Assembly: GCA_002269645.1 (NCBI GenBank)
Contig: NIVC01001186.1
Coordinates: 1-64,000 of the forward strand
DNA length: 64,000 bases
Source of the DNA: Macrostomum lignano
Taxonomy: Eukaryota
Direction: 5' to 3'
Shown here: piece by piece, positions 1-10,547 of the stretch
How positions within the stretch are numbered: position 1 is the stretch's first letter
How the letters are laid out: the number at the start of each line of letters is the position of its first letter
Notes under the pieces: generated by a model
The model's database searches: none
Told to the model about the DNA's origin: nothing
The model's input: only the letters and a program-made list of their open reading frames with translations
Program-made: the position numbers and the translations under genes

Positions 1-707
1 TATAAGATCAAAATCTATTACAATATTTGTCATCAATCTGTTATAAAATTCTGTAATTTAACACCCTTTCTTTTCTAAGGTTGCTCACGCTGACCTGAAG
101 AAGCAGCATTCTGGAGAATTGGCAGCAGGCATGTTTTCTGACTGTTCTAATTCTGGTTCATTATATTATTGTTAATTAATTAATGGCTATTGACAATGTC
201 AATTTCAAATTATATATTAAATCATATGCATAGCGCAACTCAAGATATCAATATCTACATCAGTGTGTTTATTCTTTGTGTGGCCAGTGACTCACTACTG
301 TACATAAATACACCTTACTTATTGAGACATCCTTTTTGAATATATTTTTGTGCAGAAATATTTTTGGCTATAGCTAGTGTTTTTATCTGTGTTTTCAGTT
401 TCTTTTATATGGTATTGAGATCTGGGGTTCGTATGAAATTTTGAGATCTGGTATTATTTTGAGATTTAGGATGGCAACAATTTATTATGGCAACAGCAGT
501 ATATGGCTGCTTGCTCAATGACAATGTGGATTCTATGTGAAATACATAATTACTTCCATGTGGATCTTCCATGTGGAATCCATATCTTGATTCCACATGG
601 ATGGACGGAGACAAATGCACATATGGATTTCATATGAAAAATCCACATGGAATCGCATATCATTTTTTTCACTGGGCATCAGCTTCTTGCAAAAAAGCTG
701 TGTCTCC

Positions 708-2905
708 TTATCGGTTGTGTAGGTCGCGGAAAAGGCCAAGGTCTTGAATTTTTCGAAAAAATGCTCTGTGCGAAGTGAAATGACATCCCTGCAGCTGAGC
801 GTCGGGGCAGGTTTGATGCAAAGCCTCGCACATCAGCTGCTTCAAAGTCGAGCACAGCTGCCGTGGTCGAGCTCTGTCAGCTCGATCAGCCACTCAAGTA
901 CATGAACGTAGTCGTGTTTTGATTTTCCAGACATAAGGATGAAGCACAGAGGTACCTGCTTTTCCTTTCGTCTTGATGGATAAGACCGTGAACTAAAAAT
1001 GTACAGGATTGGATTAGTATTTGGTATTAAACGTTTAGTATAGTTGGATTTAGTATTTACTAGTTTAGTATCAGTAGTAAGATTTAGTTATATAGATTAG
1101 TATTAAAGGATTTAAAGCAAATTAAAAAGTAACTCACCGGAATAAAGCTGCATAAACGGATTTTTAACAACGTAGAATGTTCCATCCATGAACCATTGAT
1201 TCATAGTAGTCAGAATCTCTAGTTGCTCATCAGTGGCAAACAACAAATGGCGCTTATGGGTTCTGGCCATGGTGATGTCCACTTTAAGAAGTTGGAGGGG
1301 AGGGCAGCTCTTGAAGTTCAAATCGAAGATCATGTGGATGATGAGGCTGGCTTCCTGCGCGATATCGGTTAGCGTTTCTAGCCAGCTGCTCAACTGCTGG
1401 AAGATTAGCGCCCTGCTCACCTCGCAGTGCCTGTGCTATTAGGGCGCTTTCAGCAATCTCTGCCGCTGATTCAAACGGCATCGCTTTGCTTCGTGTTTCA
1501 CTTCCCATTGAATTTCTCTTTTGAGGCCGCCGCCATGTTGGGCTCGCAGATGTGTTGTCGCTTACGTGAAAAGCGCCATCAATTGTCTCTTTAACGGAGC
1601 GTTACAGGTCAAAGCACCGTTTCGAACCACGCATTTCCAGTATTTACACCCAGCTTTACCTCCATTTCTTCCCAGAATATAACCACGGAAGATACAAGCA
1701 AATCGCCGCCACGTTCGCTTACGCCCCGCTTTAGTTGAAACTGCTCTGGCTCCACGTGCATTACTTGAGCAGGAAGAGCTGTCGGTAGCGCGGCGAAAGC
1801 TGCTGGTGGATCGGCAAAAGCTGGCAGATCGGCGAAAGCTGCTGGTGGATCGGCAAGGCTGCAGGCAGATCGGCGGAGCTGCTGGTGGCTCGGCGAAAGC
1901 TGCTGGTGGATCGGCAAAGGCTGCAGGCAGATCGGCGGGAGCTGCTGGTGGCTCGGCGAAAGCTGCTGGTGGATCGGCAAAGGCTGCAGGCAGATCGGCG
2001 GGAGCTGCTGGTGGCTCGGCGAAAGCTGCTGGTGGATCGGCAAAGGCTGCAGGCAGATCGGCGGGAGCTGCTGGTGGCTCGCGCGAAAGCTGCTGGTGGA
2101 TCGGCAAAGGCTGCAGGCAGATCGGCGGGAGCTGCTGGTGGCTCGGCGAAAGCTGCTGGCGGATCGGCAAAGGCTGCAGGCAGATCGGCGGAGCTGCTGG
2201 TGGCTCGGCGAAAGCTGCTGGTGGATCGGCAAAGGCTGCAGGCAGATCGGCGGGAGCTGCTGGTGGCTCGGCGAAAGCTGCTGGCGATCCGGCAAAGGCT
2301 GCAGGCAGATCGGCGGGAGCTGCTGGTGGCTCGGCGAAAGCTGCTGGTGGATCGGCAAAGGCTGCAGGCAGATCGGCGGGAGCTGCTGGTGGCTCGGCGA
2401 AAGCTGCTGGTGGATCGGCAAAGGCTGCAGGCAGATCGGCGGAGAGCTGCTGGTGGCTCGGCGAAAGCTGCTGGCGGATCGGCTGAACCGCCAGATCAGA
2501 AAACTGGCTTGTGCCAACCTTACCAGTACCATTGAGCGTCTGCGTCTGTGTGTGAAAAATTTGTTATCGCTTTGTTATCACTACGAGATTTACATCAAGC
2601 TTAAACTTTGCAGCATGACCGAAAATATCAACAATTACATGTACCATAGCATAGCATGTAAACAGTAATTCATATATAATAGAATCCTTTATACTACAGT
2701 AGCTGCTGCCAGTCTCTTACCTCATTTTTTCCAGTGCACTTTGAGCATTGCCAATTAAAGGAATGTTCGCATCAAAGCATGGTATTCCTTTTGGCTCAAA
2801 CCAGTGCCGCAAAGAAGGTGCTGCCATAGCTGACAAGAATCGCACTGTAAAGCATGCTGCGCGATAACTCACTTCTTTCTGGCATTTAATGCACATGTCA
2901 GTCAT
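708..2905 (-). mobile_element. Degenerate Mutator/MULE DNA transposon: spliced, frameshifted transposase with N-terminal PHD finger, FLYWCH-like zinc finger and DDE core (3' truncated)
   Basis: Minus-strand pieces joined across frameshifts. PHD: CIKC..QCDSCQLWQHLLCGT..WQCSKC (2905-2721, donor GTAAGA at 2720). FLYWCH-like: GVSERGGDLLVSS / RGYILGRNGGKAGCKYWKCVVRNGALTCNA (~1750-1600). Then LPAVEQLARNANRYR..P..PHDLRFEL and LLFATDEQLEIL..QWFMDGTFYVVKNPFMQLYS (first catalytic D), an intron from ~1137 to ~984, KQVPLCFILMSGKSKHDY, VLDFEAA (second D) and LQGCHF..RKIQDLGL. No TIRs identified. Confidence 0.85.
1788..2483. repeat. GC-rich 63-bp minisatellite (three ~21-bp subunits), ~11 copies, inside the MULE transposase linker
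   Basis: Unit GCTGCTGGTGGCTCGGCGAAAGCTGCTGGTGGATCGGCAAAGGCTGCAGGCAGATCGGCGGGA; one minus frame reads ADPPAAFAEPPAAPADLPAAF. Confidence 0.95.
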
Positions 2906-3390
2906 ATTTCAGTAGCGCACACACTATATTGAATGTGTTTTTGTTATAATTATTAAAATGAATCCTTTAACACGTTGAATATTTAACTATCATCTTATTG
3001 AAATGATGTTCAAAACGATGGCTTTATTAAAACTGTATACAAAAACTTTAGCTGGGGTGGATGCGATGTAATGAAGAATTGAGTGGTAGGAGGCAGGCCT
3101 AATTTCATTGGTTGCCGCAGCAGACGAGTAGGCAAAACGTTGCAAACCAATTCGTCTGCTGAGCAGACGAACTGGCGGCAGACGAATTGACTGGCACCCG
3201 GTTGGCTGCATACTAGGTGACAAACACAATAGGTTGGCTGACCAAGGGGTGAAGCGTGAAGCCAAAGGAATAGATAGGCCTAAGTCATAATGTGGAATCA
3301 TGCAATGCTATTTGCTTAGTTTGTTATACAAATTGGCAATATCCTACATGTACATTTTTTAAACATTAGTTTAATGTCAATAAAAACCCA

Positions 3391-3793
3391 TTGGCGATCT
3401 TCCAGTTTGTTTTGCAATATTATTTTTGAGTTTGAAATGGTGCATCAACGTAGTGAAACAATAGAAAATGGTAGGCCTAGTACTTAGCTAGCCAGTTGAT
3501 AGTCGAGCAGGTATCATATGTTGCTTTGTACATATCATACAGAGGAAAGGCCTAGATTGTTAGGTTCAGCAGTTCTGCTGCAGGCCATACCTCGTTTGGT
3601 GCAGAATAAAATTTGGTGCTGCTGTTTGACTAGCCATGTTAAAGAAATTCGTGTAAATACAAGAGCAAGAGTCTAAGTAAAGTCAGTGAAATCAAAATGT
3701 CTTTAACAGTGCTATTTCGCGCGTGTCATTATATTGATGTACCATTTCAAACTCAAAAATAATATCGCGAAACAAACTGGAAGATTGCTGCCA
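3391..3793. mobile_element. Foldback / MITE-like element, ~400 bp, with ~62-bp imperfect terminal inverted repeats
   Basis: 3397-3459 ATCTTCCAGTTTGTTTTGCAATATTATTTTTGAGTTTGAAATGGTGCATCAA... is the reverse complement, with a few mismatches, of 3723-3785 ...TTGATGTACCATTTCAAACTCAAAAATAATATCGCGAAACAAACTGGAAGAT. Confidence 0.65.
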
Positions 3794-4934
3794 ACCAGTT
3801 GGCCAAAGTTATTTGCATATAGCATTATGAAATCTTGGTTTAGTAAAATATAGGGTTTATAAAATTTCAATGTTGTGAAATTTTGATGTTAGGCCTATAA
3901 AGTTTTGACCATAAAAAACTGTCTTGAAATTATAAAATCAGTTTTATAGAATGACCCTAAAATTAGATTTTGGCATTGCCAGTTGTTATTGTTATGATAG
4001 CTATATAATATTATAAATAGAGTAGAGATGGTTATTTTTATGGTCAACACAGAAAGTATTATCTAAATAAAGTGAAAAAATTGCTGTGGCAAATAATAAA
4101 AGATAGTTAAATTAAAGAAATAAGTGTTATTAATATATCTAGCTGTCTATAGTGATTCTTGTCATTGTTCCAACTTTAGCTAGCTTTTTTAGGTTTTTGT
4201 TAACTAATTAGTGTATATAAAATATATTTTCCAAGACCATAAAAATAGCTATTTTTCTTCTTAAGCATAATAACTATAAAAAAAGTTTTGCTATTTATAC
4301 AGTTATGATTTTTATAGGTAGAGATATTAAGACTTAAGTTAAAACCTGAAGCCCAAATGCCAAATAGTGTCCTATGCATTGACCATCAAAGTAACAATTT
4401 TGCTATTTATATAGTCACTGTAATAATAACAACTGCCTTAAATTTTAGTATATGTAATACATAGCTATACCATACTATAAACAATAAGGGTAATGCATTA
4501 TCTATATAAGAAAAGAAGATAGTTATTAAAAACAATTTTTCAATTTTTATGCAAAAGGATAGCTATCTAATCTAGATATCAATCAGTATAGTATAGTATA
4601 TATATATATTTGATATAACAGTTTTTTTCATATATATACAAGCTGTTGAAACCCGTGGATTTTGAACCCGGGGAATTCCAATCCCGGAACTACTTTTGCA
4701 TGTATTCTGAAATCTAAGGCCATACACAAACAAAAACTTGTTAATAGTTCGTAGTATAGAGGTAGACATAAAATGGAGTACATTCGTGTAAAATTAGGAT
4801 TTGAGGCAAACATTTGATATTGTTGGCTGGGGTATTGTGCAGAATGTCAGGCAATGTCTGTCTGACTCTAAAACATGTATTGGCAAACTCTGGCCTTTCC
4901 CTGACTCTCCCTATGTCCCTTGGATCCTTTAAAA

Positions 4935-5520
4935 TTTCTATCGTCTCTTCTGTTTCCTCTCTTCTCTCTCGTCCCTCGTCTCTCCTCTCTCCCCTCTTCT
5001 TTCGTATCTTCCCTCATCTCTCTTCTCTTTCATTTCTCTTATCTGATCTCTTTTCTCTTCTTTTATCTCTACCCTCCTCTCTCCTCTCTCTCTCTACTTT
5101 TTCGTTTTCTCTCTCCTCTCTCTCCCCTCATCTCTCTTCTCTTCCTTCTCCTCTCTATTTTTTTCTCTCTTCTCTTAACTCTCTCCTCTACTCACTCATC
5201 TCTCCCCTCTTCTCTCGTATCTTCCCTCATCTCTCTTCTCTTTTATCTCTCTTATCTCATCTCTTGTCTCTTCGTTTCTCTCTCCTCTCCTTTCTCCTTT
5301 CTACTTTTTCATTTTCTCTCTCCTCTCCTCTCTCCTCTCTCCCCCTCTCCTCTCTCCTCTACTCTCTCATCTCTCCCCTCTTCTCTCGTCTCTTCCCTCA
5401 CCTCTTTTCTCTCTCGTCTTTGCTCTCTCATCATTCCTTTCACTTCTTTTATCTCTTATCTCTTATCTCTTCTCATTTCTCTCTGCTCCCTCTCTCTCTC
5501 TCTTCCTCTCTTCTCTCTCT

Positions 5521-5565
<45 letters not shown>

Positions 5566-6420
5566 GCTCTCTCTGTCCTGTCCCATCTGTCTTCTTTCTA
5601 ATATCTCCCCTCTTTCCTCTCCTCTCTCGTCCTTTCCGCCAATTTCCCCTGTCCTCTCGATTCTCTTCCCTCCCCTCCTCTCTCCTCACTCACTTCTCAT
5701 CTCTCCCTTGTCTCCACATCTCACCTCATTTCTTATCTATCTCTCCACTTTTCTCTCTACTCTCCCATCTCTCGTCTGTTCACTCTCGTTTCTGCTCTCT
5801 CATCTCCTTTCTCTCATCTGTCATCTTTACTCTTATATGTTCTCTCCGGTGTAGTCTTCTCTTTCCCCTCTTCTGACTCCTCTCTTTCCTTACTTCTCTT
5901 CCCTCTCCTTACTCTCTCCCTCTATTCTCTTCTCTCGTCTTTGCACTCTGCTCTCTCTTCCTTCATCTTTCATCTCTACTCTTTCAGCTTTCCTTTCATC
6001 TCTCTCATCTCTACAATCTCATCTTTTTCCTCTATCCTCCTCTTCCCTTTACTCTATCATCTCTCCTTTCTCCTCTCTTCTTTCGCAACTCGATCTCATC
6101 TCTCTCCTCTCTTCTCACTCCTCTCTCCCCCTTATCTCCTCTCTTCTCTATCCTTTCTAATCGCTCCTCTCAATCCTCTCTCATCTCCTCTCTGTTCTCT
6201 CTTGTCTACTCATCTCTACTCTCTTCTCACTCTTCTCTACCCTCCTCTCTAATTTCCTCTTTGTTCTCTCATGTCTACTCATGTCTACTCTCTTCTCACT
6301 CTTCTCTACCCTCCTCTCTCATCTCCTCTCTGTTTCTCATGTCTACTCATCTCTACTCTCTTCTCACTCTTTTCTACCCTCCTCTCTCATCGATTCTGTC
6401 TCATCTCTTAACTCTTCTTT
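4935..6420. repeat. CT-rich low-complexity / degenerate (CT)n tract
   Basis: Near-continuous polypyrimidine with pure (CT)n at ~5490-5560; the S/L-rich ORFs here are artefacts. Confidence 0.95.
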
Positions 6421-9313
6421 TTCTCCTTTTCATTCTCATATGGCCCGCAGCCATGAGCTTGATTCTTTATCTGGCCTTTGACGTAAAAATCTGCCGATCC
6501 CTGCTTCGAAAGCCAGTTTGTGGGACATAGTACTATCATGGTTTTTATCATTTCTCCTGCTTTAATCACGTCATTTTTCTGGTCAATTAGCAGCCCTGAG
6601 AGGAATTTGTATATTTTCAGCTCCACCACAACAGTCTGCAGCAGTCTAACAACCATGGAAATACGCATTTCTTAGGAGGCCATTTAAATTTTAAAGTACC
6701 TTATGCGAATCTTAATGTTAAAATTTTCATGGTGTAAGTGTAACTAATTTAGTAGGATTGCATTGTAATCAGTTATTCATTAATTTTTCGATATTTTTAC
6801 AAACCATGCCACCCACCCACATCGCCTTGATTTGCCATCCTTGTTTAACTGCTGCAGACTTGTCTATTCAGAGGACAGTGGTTTGAAATTGAATCTCTCG
6901 CTAAACTCTCTCCTCTCCACGCCTCTCCACTCGCGGGGGTACAGAGAAGGCTATTATTAAAAAGTTATTCCAAAACACTGTACATTCGCTATGTACATTC
7001 AGTCCTATCGCCTGACCCTTCGTCTGGCTCTGGGGAAATGAGTGAGTGAGTGGCACAAACAACAGAAAAAGCAGACAAACTTCACATGCTTACAGTTTCC
7101 GTCCTGATTGAGATACAAAGTTGAGACTTTACATTTAGACAGAGAATGAGTCAATGAAGAATTATGTCAAGTTTGAAGTTAATCGCTTCACATGGAGCAA
7201 ACTTATGGCAGCCGAAAGTTAGTCATTTTAAAACCTATTTACACCCTTTGCCCAAATCGGGAAAGAGAGACAGGCGGATGGAGGTTGAGGTGGCTGCCTC
7301 GCTGAAAAAAAGCCTAACTTTAAAAGTGCACAGCACCGCTCAGGATTAACTTTGAGACTCGAAATTTTACATGATTGTGCCAAAATAGTTTAAGATTATC
7401 TGTGTCAAATTTGAAGAGAATCGGTAGAAGTGGAGCGGCGCTATGGAGGATTTAGTAAAAAATCGCGCATTTTGAGCAGTTTTTTGTACTTTTAGGTGGG
7501 AAGACTCAAATTTAGGAAATTTAAAGGTAGCCTAAGACATTCTCCGTAGTAAGTTTAGGGTGGGTGTAAAGTTTGGTGTAATTTGGTTGAGCGGTTTGGG
7601 AGTCCATAGTGATCAAAATTGTCCACACACACACACACACACACACACAGAGTTTTGATTTTTATAGTTAGAGATATTATAGGCCTATCCTATTCTATAT
7701 TGTTTGCACTAGAAATTTAAGTTAGTTAGCTTATAAGCTTTAGTATAAGCTATGACCCAAAAATTTCTTTAGTATACAGTATCTTGACTCAAGACCTAAC
7801 TATAGATATATATAACTATAGATATATAAAACAATGGCATAGCATAGCTAAAAGGCCATTGTATATGAGAATAATCTATAAAAATGTACTTTTAACTTGT
7901 GAATATTACTGTATTAGGCTTATACTTTTTAAGCACTAAATCAAATTTTAATTATTTTCCTATAGACTAATTTCCTTTTATAGTCCGCTCCTAATAGTTC
8001 ATATGTATCCCACACTTTTCATGATTAATGTCATGATTTCATAATTAACTAATATTTTCTTATAGTTTGCATAGCATGGCAACATAGCATGGCTACAAGG
8101 CCATTCTATATGTAAATATAAAATATATACTTTTAACTAGTAAGTATTAAATTTATAAGTCAATTCAGAGTCAATTTTGAAATTAAAACAATTGAACATT
8201 TTAGGAACAGCAAATGCCATATCATTATCAGTGACAAAATAGATATTTTGGTCAAAAGACCATACATGTGCAATACCTAGTCAATCTGGCTGGCTAGCAA
8301 GGGCAAAGTCAAGGTAAATTGCAAAAATGCCTACCCCAAAAAGCTAATATAGTACTAATTAGATGATAAGGCATTTACACTTGATAATAAAGTTACAGAT
8401 ACTCCTGCCATTTATCCAAAATCATGTTAATTTTGTTTCAAGGTTTTTTTCATAGGTAAGTTATATTTTTAGGTCAAAAAGTAAGTTGCATAGCAAGTTT
8501 AAGTCAGGGGAGGTTGTGCATATATGCATAAGTCCATAATAAAAATGTATAAAAAATGAAAAAAAATTATTACATTATAAGTAAAATTGTAATTAAAAAT
8601 TACAAAAAATGTATTTTTATCTTATTATTAATAGATGATTTGGTAAATCAACTTGGCCTAGCACTTGGCTCTCCATTGCAGACAATGTCTAAACTGTGTA
8701 GTCAGACCATGTCTGCACTTCTAAAGGCTCATATGTGTTAGATGCTATTTGCAATAATGTCCATAGGCTGCAATAGGTACTAGGCTTATTGTAGCAATCA
8801 GTTGAAAAGGGAAAAAGGGGGGTATATGCTAGATGCTTAGTTTAATGACTTTTTGTGATAAGTGTAAATAGTTCATTCAACATTTTATTGTGAAAATATA
8901 TTAGGTATAACTTTGTAGCCTATACTACACAGATAGAGTAGGTCCCAGCATTACTGAGCATAAAAATGGCAAGTGCTACTAAGTGCAAAAGCCAAGCAAA
9001 TATTCCCCAAAAGAGCTAGCATAGTATGCCACAGCTGAAATGTTATATTTCAATAAGAGCCTATAAGAACATATAAGGTCTATATACAAGTAGATTTTTT
9101 TATCATTTGTATATTTAAAAAATTAACATATGTTATTAATTTGATAATATATTTTTATAATTGTATATTTACTTACCAATTATTAATTCAATCATGATTA
9201 TTTCTGTTTTTGTTCACTGAAACACTATATATACACCAAGTCTAGATGTATAATGTAAATAAATAAATGCATGCTACTTATCATCAACACAGTGTGCCAT
9301 CAGTTATAACAAA

Positions 9314-10490
9314 ATGAAAGTTGTTGGTTTGGTTAGTGGTGGCAAAGATAGCTGCTACAATATGATTGAATGTGTCAGATCTGGTCACCAGATTGTTGCA
9401 TTAGCTCATCTCTATCCACCTAGTGGAGCAGAAATGGATAGCTTTATGTATCAAACAGTTGGCAGCGAGGCTGTGGCACTCTATGCTAAAGCTACTGGTT
9501 TGCCACTGTATACTCGGCCTATTGTGGGCGAGTCTAGGGATACTGGTTCTGCCGATCACTATGCTGTAAGTGCTCTGTCTGGCTTTAGAATTGTTTAATA
9601 ACTGGAGTTTGCTTTAGTATTTTGTCTTTTACAGACTTAAATGCCTGCATTCTCTATACTGTGTCAATTTAAGTGTATTAATTTACCTCATCATATTCTT
9701 CATTAGTAAGCGCCATTTCCATATGGTCATTCAGTGACTGCCATCTCCCTAAGCTCATTCACTGAGTGCCATTTTCCTTAGGTCATTTAGTGAGTGCCAT
9801 TTCCCTTAGGTCATTTAGTGAGTGCCATTTCCCTTGGGTCATTTAGTGAGTGCCATTTCCCTTAGATCATTTAGTGAGTGCCATTTCCCTTAGATCATTT
9901 AGTGAGTGCCATTTCTCTAAGGTCATTTAGGGAGTGCCATTTCCCTTGGGTCATTTAGTGAGTGCCATTTCCCTTGGGTCATTTAGTGAGTGCCATTTCC
10001 CTTAGGTCATTCAGTGAGTTCCATTTCCGTAAGGTCACTAACTTTAAAACACTTTGACAGTCCTCCAGCAATTCGGGCGACAGCGAGGACGAAGTCGAAG
10101 ACCTCTATAAACTCCTGGCCGAGGTGAAAGCCGGCATCCCTGGCCTTCAAGCCGTTTCAGTTGGGGCCATTCTGTCTAATTACCAGCGGGTCCGGGTTGA
10201 GTCCGTGTGCGAGCGGCTCGACCTGCAGGTGCTCGCCTTTCTGTGGCGTCGGGATCAGGTCTGCTTTTTTTCTGTTTTTCTCTGTTTTTCCTCAATTTTC
10301 TGTCTGTTTTGTTGTCTGTTTTTGTCTCTCTCTGCCAGTTAATATATATATGTTTGTGTGTATGTCTGTCTGTTTTTGCTTGTTTGTTTGTCTGTCTCTA
10401 GCTGTCTGCCTGTCTTTGTTTGTCGGTTTTTGTGTCCGTCTGTCTGTCTATCTGTCTGTCTTTCTGTATGTCTGTCTGCCTGTCTTTCTG

Positions 10491-10547
<57 letters not shown>

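Noticed and set aside
4814-6530. S/L-rich ORFs of up to 346 aa
   Set aside because: Translation of the CT-rich low-complexity tract.
7380-7676. Possible non-autonomous Helitron/Helentron-like repeat (AAATTTGAAGAGAATCGG, AAAGTTTGG..GAGCGGTTT, (CA)n)
   Set aside because: Only a loose resemblance to recalled motifs; boundaries and terminal hairpin cannot be supported without a repeat library.
8640-8741. GLALGSPL resembling a Penelope/LINE RT motif
   Set aside because: No downstream YxDD or other RT motifs; isolated 8-aa resemblance.
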